A stretch of 64,000 nt of DNA. Source: Octopus bimaculoides (taxonomy: Eukaryota). Positions 1-12,393 of the stretch are shown one piece after another (within the stretch, counting starts at the first letter, position 1; each line of letters starts with the position of its first letter). Where the stretch lies: positions 59,308,647 to 59,372,646 of the forward strand of contig NC_068990.1 of the NCBI RefSeq assembly GCF_001194135.2. The letters run 5' to 3'. A model generated the notes under the pieces. The model saw nothing but the letters and a program-made list of their open reading frames with translations. It had not been told where the DNA came from and ran no database searches. The translations under genes and the position numbers were made by a program.

Positions 1-61
<61 letters not shown>
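1..61. repeat. (CA)n microsatellite
   Basis: Pure AC repeat from the window start. Confidence 0.99.
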
Positions 62-65
<4 letters not shown>

Positions 66-1289
66 GTGCCTAAGGTATTTGAGGACATAAGTTAATTTTA
101 CTATAGCAGCATATTTATCAATATGTTCTATATTTCAGAATTATCAATGGCAGACCCTATGATTACGCAAGGAATGAAAAGGCTCACAGTTATCATGGCT
201 ATAAAGGCTGAACATAGCAATTTAGAAATAGCACAATTTTTAAAACTCACTACATACTTCGTCTCCAAGTTTGCAAGGGGTTAGAGGCTAAAGACTGAAA
301 TGTATTGCCAGTATCAAAACGTCAGAAACACTGTAGATGCACTGATACTATTAGAACACCAGAATTTATTCAACGAGTAAAGCAGACCATTCTTGAGAAT
401 CCCAGAAGATCCACAAGGTTGACTGCAAAAGTACACCATGTGTCAGAAGGAACAATCCGAAATGTTGTCCACATAGACATCAGATACAAATTTTATGCAA
501 TGAGAAAAGGTCATTTCTTGTCAGAAACAATGAAGGTAAATCGCTTAATTGGATCTAAAAGACTCCTGAACAAACTTAAAAACCCAGCAGAGAAAGATGT
601 CACTTGATTCTTTTCAGACGAGAAAAACTTAGATGAAAATCAGAAAGTAAACAGAAGAAATGACAGATAGTTATGCACAAAATTTCTTGTAACTGTCATG
701 GTTTGTGGGGGTTGTCAGCAATGAAGAACATGTAATGCCTCCTCACTTCTTTCCACAAGGACTTTGAGTAAACTCTGCTACCTACATAGATGTTCTGAAT
801 ACAGTGGTTAAGCCATGGATTGATAATGTACGCAACAGAAGACCTCATGTGTTTCAACAATAGTTAGTGCCATCACACAAGGCTACAGCAACACAGAAAT
901 GGATGGCAGAAAATTTTCATGACCACATAACCCCCAACATTTGGCCTCCTAGCTCCCCAGATCCCAGTCCGTTGGACTACTATGTATGGAGCATATTTGA
1001 GAAAAAGGTTAATGAGTACCCTCATAACACCAAAGAATCCCTAAAAGCCCCTATATTGAGTAATGTCCAGTATGAACACAAACCACTTGATCCTAGCATG
1101 TAGGTGGTTCAGACCTCGCAGAGAAGTCCATTTCTGAGGCTGAAGGAGACTTTATTAAATAAAATGACAAAACAATATGTTTATTCTTATCCTCAAAACG
1201 TTTTACAGCAAAAAGGCATTATTGCCCGTTTCTAAAAGTCATTTTTGTGTAAGTATATATAACTGTCCTCAGATACCTTATGCACCCTG
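62..1289 (+). mobile_element. Decayed Tc1/mariner transposon, DD37D (maT-type)
   Basis: 26-bp TIRs CAGGGTGCCTAAGGTATTTGAGGACA (62-87) and TGTCCTCAGATACCTTATGCACCCTG (1264-1289), followed by TA. Transposase remnants: HTH-like ORF 305..607, FFSDEKN, FQQ*LVPSHKA...WPPSSPDPSPLDY. There are 37 residues between the 2nd (now stop) and 3rd catalytic positions. Confidence 0.92.
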
Positions 1290-1297
1290 TACATATA

Positions 1298-1333
<36 letters not shown>

Positions 1334-1634
1334 CACAGGCACACATATATACACACACATATACATACATCCATATACACATATATACATACACATGCAT
1401 ATACATATATATACATATACACACATATATATATACATATACACACATATATACATATATATACACACATATATACACATACATATACACACACACACAT
1501 ACAGATATATACATATATATTTATACAAACACATAAGTATATATACACACACACACACATATATACTTACACATATATACATACATATACACACACACAT
1601 ACTTACATATACATACACACACACGTACATACAT

Positions 1635-1665
<31 letters not shown>

Positions 1666-1667
1666 TA
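1290..1667. repeat. Compound (TA)/(CA)/(TACA) microsatellite
   Basis: Low-complexity tract; source of the spurious YI/HT-rich ORFs 1177-1802. Confidence 0.97.
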
Positions 1668-1900
1668 TATTCCACGCAAGGTATGCTTGTTTCTCCTATG
1701 TTCATTGCATTGCCAGTATGTATCTTAATAGTGAGTTACTGGTGGTTTGGTAGTGATGGCTCCAATTATAGCAAGTGGTATTTAAATACCACTTGCTTAT
1801 AATTGGAGTCAATGTTCGCAAACCACCAGTAATTCACTATTAAGATACACACAGTCAATGCAATGAACGTAGGAGAAACAGACTTACCTTGCGTGGAATA
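1668..1900. repeat. 233-bp imperfect palindrome (MITE-like foldback)
   Basis: TATTCCACGCAAGGTA...GCAAGTGGTATTT|AAATACCACTTGC...TACCTTGCGTGGAATA; no loop, centre 1783/1784. Confidence 0.9.
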
Positions 1901-2394
1901 CACAAGTAAGGAATGTATATTTCAATAGCAATTGATTTCACCTTCTGTATGACAAACCAATGCAGTCCAAAACGTTAAAACACTCAACAAGTAATAAACT
2001 ATTGATCAAGCAATTGTTCTTCTTGTGTTCTTCTTTTTAATGTTTATACTTAATACAAGACATACTTATGAAACAAATAAAATGTTATTATGATAATTAA
2101 AGTTAGTTATGTCAGGTGTGATTTTGGCAACAAAGAGTAAAAAAAAAAAAAAGACGATATCAAATAATGATGAAGATACTAACAAAGATAATGAGGAGAG
2201 CTGTGAAATGAAAATATGAACTTAACTCAGGGTAAGAATGAACTGAGTGGTCAGTTGAATGAACCCTACACCAACAGAGTAAAGTATAAAATAGCTGGAA
2301 AATAATCAGGGCATGAAAAGTTTATTTATGTACAATTGTGGAACATAAATCTAGATAATTGTTGTATGTCCAATAACCAACAATATTGGACCTT

Positions 2395-2852
2395 TGGCGA
2401 TATGCTGTGCTTGAGAAAACTCATCAGGTCAAATGAAATTGTAGTTGTGGCCATGCTGGTGTCATGTAAATGACACCCGTGTAATCATAATTGTGGCCAT
2501 TACTGATAGCATGATCTTCGAATTTTGGGACTCATGGAGGCAAGGGACAAGATGATGAAGCATGATCTTTGAATGTTGGGCCTCACGGAGGCAATGATAA
2601 CTGCTCAAGACCAGTGTCGTGTAAATGGCACCTGTGAAATTGTAGCTGTGGCTCTAACCAATGTCATGTAAATGACACATGAAAAGTGCCCATTACACAC
2701 TCGGAGCGGTTGGTGTTAAGAAGGGTACCCAGCCGTAGAAGCCATGCCAAATCAGACTGGAACCTGGTGCAGTTTTCCAGCTTACTAGTTCCAGTCAAAT
2801 TGCTTAACTCATGCCAGCATGGAAAGCGGATGTTCAATGATGAAGATGATGA
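2395..2852 (+). mobile_element. RTE LINE 3' end / (GAT)n-tailed repeat, diverged copy
   Basis: GGTTGGTGTTAAGAAGGGTACCCAGCCGTAGAA...CATGGAAAGCGGATGTTCAATGATGAAGATG; same family as 14303, 16537, 30905, 32017. Confidence 0.75.
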
Positions 2853-3004
2853 TTAGATATAAAATGAACTAAAAAATTTCACAACATGATCTAACGACCC
2901 CAAAAGAAATTTGGCATGGAAACCAATACAATATAATTTCTAACAGTCAAAATTTTAAGACACTTTCAAAAAAACTTCCAAGAAATTATTCTGAACATAG
3001 GTGC

Positions 3005-3385
3005 AAGCATGGCTATGTAGTAAGAAGTTTGCTTCCCAACCACATGGTTCCAGGTTCAATCTCACTGGTGGTACCTTGGGCAGGTGTCTTCTACTATAGT
3101 CACAGGCTGACAAAACCTTGTGAGTAGATTTGGTAGACAGAAATTTAAAGAAGCTCATCATGTATGTATGTATATATACATATGTGCATGTTTGTCCCCC
3201 ACTTCACAACTGGTGTTGGTTTATTTATGTCCCTGTAACCTAGCGGTTTGGCAAGAGTGATCAATAGAACAAGTACCAAGCTTTACAAAAAAAGTATTGG
3301 AGTCAGTACATTTAACTAAAATTCCTCAAGGTAACCCTAACCCTAGCATGGCTGCAGTCTAATGACTGAAACAAGGTTAGTTAAC
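3005..3385 (+). mobile_element. tRNA-derived SINE, family A (GGAGTGGCTGTGTGGTAAG head)
   Basis: Diverged head, CCTTGGGCAGGTG core, TTGTGAGTAGATTTGGTAGAC, microsatellite linker, 3' AATGACTGAAACAAG. Confidence 0.8.
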
Positions 3386-3814
3386 AAAGGAAAAAAAAAA
3401 AAAAAGATATCAGAAATCAGAATAACATTTCCATCAAAGAATGTAAAAGTTATCCAATACATTCAGCAAAAATATTTGATTCTAAGTCACAACTGGAAAT
3501 GCAGTGTGAACATTTTCATAGGTGTCTGGTTACTGTCACCAGAATCCAATAGTACCCAGCCTGCCTCAAGGAAATACTTACGTAAGATATAAGACTGGCA
3601 CAGCTACACTAAGCAAATATTTGGTTATCATAGTCTGCTTAATAAATACAATACCCTAAGCAATTAATTTAGCCACAGCAGATCAAATCACTTTCTAAAC
3701 AAATGCAATTCAGAAATCATAATTAATGAGATTTGGCTTTAAGCCATTCATTCCAGAACACCAAAAATGAAAATTTCATAAAAGGAGCCTTTTATAGGGA
3801 GCTTTTATAAGCCT

Positions 3815-4021
3815 AACCCTTTAGCATCCAGATTACTCTGTCAAACGTGGAACATATTTATTCACATTGTTTTGAATTAATCATGTATTGTCTCTTTGAA
3901 ACTTCAATGATATGAGTGTTTAGTTTTAGAATGACATAGTAGGATAGATTCTAAGAGGTCAGTGTGAAAACAGGTAGAATATTTGGTCTGGATACAGATG
4001 GTTTAAATGCTAAAGGGTTAA
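3815..4021 (+). mobile_element. piggyBac-type MITE (family B, ~205 bp)
   Basis: TAACCCTTTAGCAT...AATGCTAAAGGGTTAA termini (CCCT/AGGG ends, TTAA-like flanks). 11 copies in window: 3815, 21954, 22162, 28611, 30721, 41317, 42557, 43126, 43321, 51219, 59580. Confidence 0.8.
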
Positions 4022-5619
4022 TGATTATAGAAGCAGAAGACAGAGCGTATAGTAACCAAATATTATGAATCGGTTATGGATATTGATAGAATAATGGCTA
4101 TGCATGTCGATACTCTAAACAAAATAATGGCTAGTGCCAAATCATGTAAACTTAGATATATGACACCTGATGACAGAGAGAAGACTATCTGAAATACAGG
4201 GTAATATAGTACTACAAATGGAAAAAAAAAAAAAAAAAAAAAAAAAGATTGGACGCCTTCAAAGATCATTCCATTGGTATAAGAACGGAAACTTTCTTAT
4301 GTAGTTTTTTGATTTATAGAAGAGAAATAGGAAAGAAGCAGAATGCAAAGAGTAACTCAAAACAGGAGCCTAGAACCAGCAATAGTCCTTGAGCTAATCT
4401 TAAGAACACACCAGACCATGCACAGAAAGAACCAAAACAAATAAGAAATAGATTAAGTGGATCAAACAGTAGAAAGTATATTTTGATATTTCCCCTGAAA
4501 TTGTAAAAACAAGAAAAAAAAAAGAAAAAATGAAGTGAAGTGTTTAGTAAAATGTTTAAGCAACAAATGTCACAGGATATGTTGAAGCAGTGAAAATAAA
4601 AAACAAAACAAACTCTTTAAAAAAAGATGGCATTAAAATGATTGGCATAAGGAAATGAGTAGGGAAAGGAAAGGGGGAAGGTAAGTTGTAAAGACATGGA
4701 AGAGCAACAAGATAGGACTCAAGAACACATTCAAAAGGCTTCAGAACACATTCAGACAACTCACGCTTCCGGAATCCTACTAAGGCATCAGTAGAGTCAT
4801 CTGTCGTCCCACCTGCAAGCATTTCACAAATATGGAGTCAGCGGGGTGAGATGGTAGCAATGTGCAGTGTTTTGTATCTTTATTTCCAGCCCTGCCTGTC
4901 CCCTTTAATGCAATTTGGTTTACATTAAATCGGAGATAATTTCATACCAAAGTTATCAATATGTGAAGCAATATTCAAAGTAAAAAAAAAAGTGAAATGC
5001 TGAACATGTAGTAAAATGAGAGTTTACCAAGTTGATCAAAATGCTTTTGATTCTTTTCATATATTCAACCAGAAATTTAAACACTAGAGAAAACAACAAG
5101 AAATTTTTTTAAGAAAACTGGAATGATAGCAGCAAATCTGAGATATGATGTATGGTAAAATACAAGAGAGATTTATGAATGAGTTGTGAAATAGTTAACA
5201 TGTGCAAGATTCAACTAAGACTAATCATTTCATACAAAATCACCTCTCTGTCTCTCTATCTCTCTCTCTTACAGTTTTTGCTAGCATGAGAAGTGATGGT
5301 GCATATCAATGTTCTGCACTATATTTGAAAACAAACAAACAAATTACTCCCAATGTTAACTTTTTAATGCCAACTACAAAACAAAAACAAAGACACATGC
5401 ATCACACAGACAGATGTATATATATTCTTTTACTTGTCTCAGTCATTTGACTGTGACCATGCTGGAGCACCACCATTATTCGAACAAACTGCCTGCAGGA
5501 CTTATTCTTTGTAAGCCTAGTTCTTATTTTATCGGTCTCTTTTGCTGAACCACTATGTTACAGGGGTCTAAACACACCAACATTGGTTGTCAAGTGACGG
5601 TGGGGGGGACACAAAAACA

Positions 5620-5687
<68 letters not shown>

Positions 5688-8029
5688 TTCTACCTTGACT
5701 TTTTTCCCATACATATCAACTCGTGTATTCCTTTTCAACCTTATATATATATATATATATATATAATGTATATATATAATCATCAACATTTAAGATCTGT
5801 TTTCCATGCTGGCATGGGTTGGACAATTTGACAGAAGATGGCAAGCTGGAGGGCTGGACCAGGCTCCATTTGTCTGTTTTGGTATGGTTTCTACAGCTGG
5901 ATGTCCCACCTAATGCCAACCACTTACAGAATGTACTGGATGCTTTTTATGTGGCACCAGTATGAGTGCCTTTTATGCAGTGCCAGCAAGGGTGCTTTTA
6001 ATATGACACCAACACAGGTGCTTTTCACATGGCACCAGCAGGGTCACCAAGTAGCTTGCAAGACAAAAATCTTCTTGGATGAGAGAGGAGTGGAACTAAG
6101 AAGACACATACACATATAGACACAATAAAAAATATCCCTTTCTGCTACAGACACAATCACAAACATTCAAAAAACATCTTTAGCTTGTATAAAACTAGTC
6201 CAGCCTATAAACTAAAGTAAAGAACTCTGCATTCTGTGTGATAAATGGGAATAACTTCAGTTGCTAAATTCTACAAACATCTAAAAGCTTTTAAGCAAGT
6301 TGCAGCATGCAAAACATAAACAACAGCTAGCAGAGAATTATCTACTTGAATGAGTCAACTCAACTGCAGTCAATTTTAGATGACGTCCAAAAATAACTGA
6401 TTTCACATCATTGTTGGCAGTGATAAATCTCCATACAACAGTAGTTCAGTTAAGAAATCTAACAGTAGTTCTCAACCTTTTCAATACAAAAAGAGCTTTC
6501 TCTCTTTCAATCTTGCAACTTATTTGGTACCACACAAAAAGCACCAAGTACACACTGTAAAGTGGTTGTTGTTAGGAAAGGCATCCAACCATAGAAACCT
6601 TGCCAAAACAGACAATTGGATCCATGCTATCATGAAAAATGAACGTTAAATTAATGATGAAGAATTTTCAATAAGCTGATTTAATTATCTAACAAGAAAC
6701 TCTTTTTCCTAGTTTATCACAGTATTACAAGATACAGGTAAATGAATTATATGTAATGGTCTATTTTACACTGCAACCTTTTAAAATTTTTAACACGGTG
6801 AGATTGAACTTGAACTCATGTGGTTGGAAATCAAACTTCTTAACTACACAGCCTTGCCCATGTTGTATGTGTAAATATATATGTATCATCATCATCATCA
6901 ACATTTAATGTCTATTTTCCATGTTAGCATGGGTTGGGTGGATTGATGGGAGCTGGTAAGAGGGAGAGCTGTACCAGCCTTCAAATATTTGTTTTGGCAT
7001 GTTTCTATGGCTGAATGGCTTTCCTAATACCAACCACTTTACAGAGTGTAGTGGGTGCTTTTCTCGTAGCACCAAAGATTTTGAACACAGTAGAAATGAA
7101 CCCAAAACCATGTGGATGGAACGTAAACTTCTTAACCATATACCCTTGCTTGTGCTGTACGTGTAAATACATATGTATTTGTATGTGTAAATAAATGTAT
7201 AATGCATGTTTATATGCATGTGTGTGTGGTGAGAGAGAAGTGAGGGCAGAAATTTGCATACATTGATGCTGACGATTATTAATGTACTTGGTCATAGGGG
7301 AAAAAACAAGTGAAAACTGAACAAAAACTACAAAGCATGTAAAATTATTTCTTCAGTCTATATCAATAACCATCCAGGTATAATTTTTTGGGTTACTTTA
7401 GCCATGTTCAAAAAGTGTTGACACATACAAGTAAATTTAAGGCAAGAAATGGGACAAAGAAAATTTTTTGAGCAATTTCTGGTTTCTAGAATAAAATAAG
7501 AATAAAAGTTGAATTCTATAGGTAAAATAGACCTGTAATAAATAAACTGAGATTCGGTTTAGTTACTTGGAAATGAGTGAAAAATTAACAAATACATTAA
7601 AATGCTAAAGTTTATAAAAATTTTGTTCAGACACAATATGTATCTAAAAACAAATTATTGCATCTACACATGATATATACATATTACACACAGACATACA
7701 TACATATATATTTTCAAATAAAGAAAAATTATCAAAAGTTGGACATGTACAGTGATACAATTTCTTACAAACTCCAGAAGAGACATCTGAATAAACTCCA
7801 GCAATAATTACAATAACATCAAACAAATTAAACAGCAAAAGGAAATGATCACATTCACAAAAATTAATTACATTTCAGAGAAAATTTTCTTAATCAATGA
7901 ATAGAGTCTTTATGTCAACCGCAATATCTGAATGGTACTTGTTTATTCAATTTTAGAAGAACGAAAGGTAAAGTTGACCTCTAACAAGATATGAACTAGG
8001 GATGTTACTACTACTAATAATGATTTTGA

Positions 8030-8250
8030 ATTTTGGCACAAGGCCAGCAAGTTTGGGGAAAGGGGTGTAGTCAATTAGATTGACTCCCCCCCCCCCCAGT
8101 ACTAAACTCGAACTTATTTTATCAACCCCCATGAAGATGAAAGGCAAAGTCGACCTCAGCAAAATTAGAACTCAGAATGTAAAGACAGATGAAATGCCAC
8201 TAAGCATGTGACCCGGCACACTAATGATTCTACCAGCTCACTGCCTTACT
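8030..8250 (-). mobile_element. tRNA-derived SINE, family B (GGCGGCGAGCTGGCAG head), diverged
   Basis: GATGAAAGGCAAAGTCGACCTC...AACTCAGAATGT...AAGCAT...CCAGCTCACTGCC. Further copies near 25660, 26520, 34970, 40065, 53920, 58480, 63680, 63920. Confidence 0.8.
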
Positions 8251-10264
8251 ACAATTAATAATAATAACGAAAATTTCTAATACAAAATTCTGGGCAGAGG
8301 GTAGTCAATTACCAAACCTAGAAGTTAAATGGTAGCTATTTCATCAACCCTGGAGTTATTTGAACTCAGGCTACAAAGAGATGCTCTTTAAATACTATCA
8401 GGATATTTTATCCTTTTGCACCACTAATTGTCATCCACTTTCCTTAATAACTAACACAAGTACAACACTGGCACAGCTGACTGGATGGATCACAGGACTT
8501 GACTGGTGTTAGTTTATCAAACACAAAAGGAAGAATGGCGAAAAAAAAAAAAAAATCGCAATAGGATTTGAACTCAGAACATAAAGTGACATAGCTAAAC
8601 ACCATAAGGTATTATGTCTATCTTTCTATTGTTTTTGATCATCCTTATTAACAACTATAACTGTTTATCACATATGCACAAGGCCAGAAATTTACAGAGT
8701 GATATTAGTTGATTAATTCAACTCCATTAATTAACTGCTAATCAAAATTTAATGACTCCAAGAGAATGACAGTCAACGTTGAACTTGGTGGGATTTGAAC
8801 TCAGCATACTTACCACAGGCATCTTTCGGTATCTGATTACCAAATTCACTCACAAGGCCTTGGTTGGCCTGGGCCAATAGTAGAAGACACTTACCCAAAG
8901 TGCCATGCAGTTGGACTGAACCCAAAACCATGTAGTTGGAAAGCAAGCTTCTTACCACACAGCCATACCCGCGCCTATACTATAACAAAATACTGCATGG
9001 TATTTTGTTTGCAGTGCCAGTATCTTAATATATTGTTCCCGATCCTTTTGATGACACATCATATTATTCAACCTATTTTTACATAAACATCCAAAACCGA
9101 TATTGACATTTCACAAAAATGTGAAGATTATTTCATTTCAGATCTAAGACTATATGATAGCTTATTTTTCTTAATTTGTATATATGCTGGAGCAAATTAT
9201 AAATAATGAATATTTATTCCCACTAAAAGAAAAAATATATATCATATTACTATATTTTTGGTTATCTAAAATGAAGAAGTAAGGTATAACAAAACCAGGT
9301 AATTTACAGTGATAATTCTACCATCCAGTGGAATTTGTATGAGATACAAGGGAGGTAATTATGGTTAGGGATAAACATTCACAAACGGGAGTGGAAGAAA
9401 GTTAACACGTGGAAAGCAACTAGAAATAACAGTTTGGTAGCTAATTAGTTTGAATCTTAGTTACAAGAGACTTACTTAAGTAAGGGTACAATGTAATTAT
9501 CTTTAACAAGACAGAGAGGTTAGTATTGTTGTTCACTCTCATGTCAGCACTAACTGAGGAGAATTCAGATCAAAGTTGTCAAAGCATGACTATCCTGTTC
9601 TCCTCTCAGTCATGGCATATCAATGAATACATTATCACACATTACCTATGAATATCATTATCTAATGGGCCTCAACTTACTTTCAAAACAGTAAGCTTTA
9701 ATATGAGAAAAGATTAGGCTGTTCTTTCTTCAAGTTAAGCAACCATGCAAGAGGACCAGAGAATCTTTCACTGGATCTCAAGAGAGTTTTAGGAGTCAAA
9801 CATGTCTAGTGACGTTGTCTGAGACCATATGTTAAAACTGAAGCCATTCTAACCATTTAATAATATAATATAATAATAAAACTGAAGCCATTCTAACCAT
9901 TTAATAATATACAAAAACCACTGTATTCACTCAAATTCATGAAGTGTTAACATTTCCACTGTACATCTGTGACTAGGTCACTGGTATATTTCCACTGTGA
10001 CTGTGTTATTCGTTGAATATTTTGAGGTAGGACACCATATTATTTCTGCTTCAGTTAATCAAAGGTACTATATCAGATTATTTGAGAAAAGCTATTTGTA
10101 ATGGGATGACTTATTAACTAAGATGACATTATTTAGTACATATGAATTAAAACCCAATTAATAGATTTCTGAAGCCTGCGGCATGTAGAGACATTCATAT
10201 TTGCTACAGTGAAATATTTCTTTTTATAATATATACATACAACACACACACACACATATATATA

Positions 10265-10296
<32 letters not shown>

Positions 10297-12293
10297 NNNN
10301 NNNNNNNNNNNNNNNNNNNNNNNNNNNNNNNNNNNNNNNNNNNNNNNNNNNNNNNNNNNNNNNNNNTATATTATTGACATCATAAGAATTTATAAACATT
10401 CAAGAAAATATGAAATAATTCTTTCTTGGAACAGTGGGTTTTAAACATGCATAAAGCTATAAATAATGTGTAAAGAATGGTTCAAAACACCTTGTAAACC
10501 AAAGTTTACAAGCTATTATTTATAGCTTCAGGTGTACTTCAAGATCTAATGCCATCCACACCCAAATGATATATATATATATATGGAAAGCGGACGTTAA
10601 ATGATGATGATGATGATGATGATGATATATAATATACAGAATAAAATATAGATTGTAGTGGCTTCTCTTATACACACATACATACACAAAATTTTGAAAT
10701 AATTGAATATGGTTTAACCCTATCATTACTGCAGCTGTTAATAGAAAAGTTCTTGTATTAAATGTAAACTGAAGTGTTCAGTTCATTAAGAATGAGAAAA
10801 TAGCTTCAACTATATAGTTATCTCCAGTGAATCTTCTATACAGAATAACATCCACACTGAGCAAGTCTGATAGGATTTGAATGTAAAGTTAGATATTTCT
10901 ACCAGCATTAAGGGTCTCTCAGTTACCAGTTTGGGGCAGATACTGAGACATCAACACTGTAAGAATATTGCTGAGTTCATGGAAGTCAAATCTGACCATG
11001 TAGGGCAGAGGAAACTTTCAAGAGTTAGAAATCTTCCGAGTAACAATTGAGGACAAGCCAACATGTTGTTGATCCTTGGTATAACCTCCACCTTCGACAA
11101 CCAATGGGATCCTTGGCAAACACTATCTAAGGAAGTAATCATAGATTACTGCTAAACAATAGGCAGTTTATGATCATCAAAGAATAAATGAAGGGAAACT
11201 GATAGAGCTGGAGAATATAATTAACAAGAACTTTACAAAAGAGACTTGAATGAAGCAAAAGAGAATTCATCAAAGATGATTGGGTCATCATCCTACTACC
11301 ACCACAACAAAAGAAATAATCTAGTGACCAAATATTGCAAGCAGAGGTTGAAGTAATAGTAATATTTCTGAAGCGAAGAAGTCTGTGATAATGTGGAAAA
11401 TATTTCAGTTGAACTGACCCAAGATAGTGGGTAAGTTCATGATTTGTAATCTCTTGATTTGGCAGGCTGGAGAATGGCTTTCACTACTACCATTCTTATC
11501 AAGAAAGTAAATCTTTAACTGTGTCAGAAATGTCACACAGTAATTCTTATTAGAGATAAAAGTAAGTTATTATGAACAGATTGAAACTTCCAGTAAGAGA
11601 TGATGATGGCTGACAACCAAATAAATTTTCAAGGCAGCACATAAGAGATTTTCAGAAAAAGTATGGCAGAGGTAGGAAAACAACTTTATAAAGTGGATTG
11701 ATCTCCATGATAGCTGTAAAGAATAGAGAGAAATGTCAAGAAAGCAACAGAAAAATATAATCCCCCGTTTTTGTTCAACACACTGAGTTAAAAGCAAACA
11801 AGATATAATGTGATATTTTGTGCAGGATATAATACATTAGCATACTGCTTGTGCATATAAAGTACAATTACACTAAAACTACCATTTATATTCTTTTAAC
11901 ACCTAAGAGTAACTTCTAAATATTACACTTTTTTCTCACTACAGTAAGGCTTCAGAAGGTGTAAGAAAGTAAATATTTTAATTATGCAATTTCAGCTGTT
12001 TTTCTGAACAAGAACCACTGAGGAGTTTCAATTCTAAGTTTATATGAATCGTAAGATATTTGTGATAAATAAACAAAGCGATTAAATAAAATAAATTCAA
12101 AATTTTCAAAAATTTGTTTAAACAAAAGAAAAGATTATAAAGCTATTAGATAAAATTAGAAATTTATTTGCATGCAGAATTAAACTAAAACTGCACTGAA
12201 GTCAATGTTGACTGCTGAGGTACTCTAAGGCAACAGATAACCGAAGAATAAAACTGTTTGCCACCTATTATTCTTGAATTGTTTATCACTTAC

Positions 12294-12393
12294 ATTTTGT
12301 ATCAGGTCCATCAGGAGGAGTTGCAATTCCAAGCTCCTTTGAAGACATCCAGGCAGCAAAGCAATCTGACTCTTCCAGGTGAATTATCAGCAA
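12294..12393 (-). CDS. WDR48: WDR48 exon 13 (last in window), 100 nt
   Basis: tctgtgccag|TTG...AAA T|gtaagt; [33 protein letters not shown] + 1 nt. Confidence 0.94.

Noticed and set aside
1177-1802. Six overlapping 78-167 aa ORFs rich in Y/I/H/T/C/V
   Set aside because: Translations of TA/CA microsatellite
1885-1950. Possible extra WDR48 exon ending at a GTAAGT donor (1887)
   Set aside because: The donor lies within the palindrome arm and the translation has no WDR48 similarity
9834-9911. 34-bp tandem duplication AAAACTGAAGCCATTCTAACCATTTAATAATATA
   Set aside because: Ordinary slippage duplication next to an (AAT) tract
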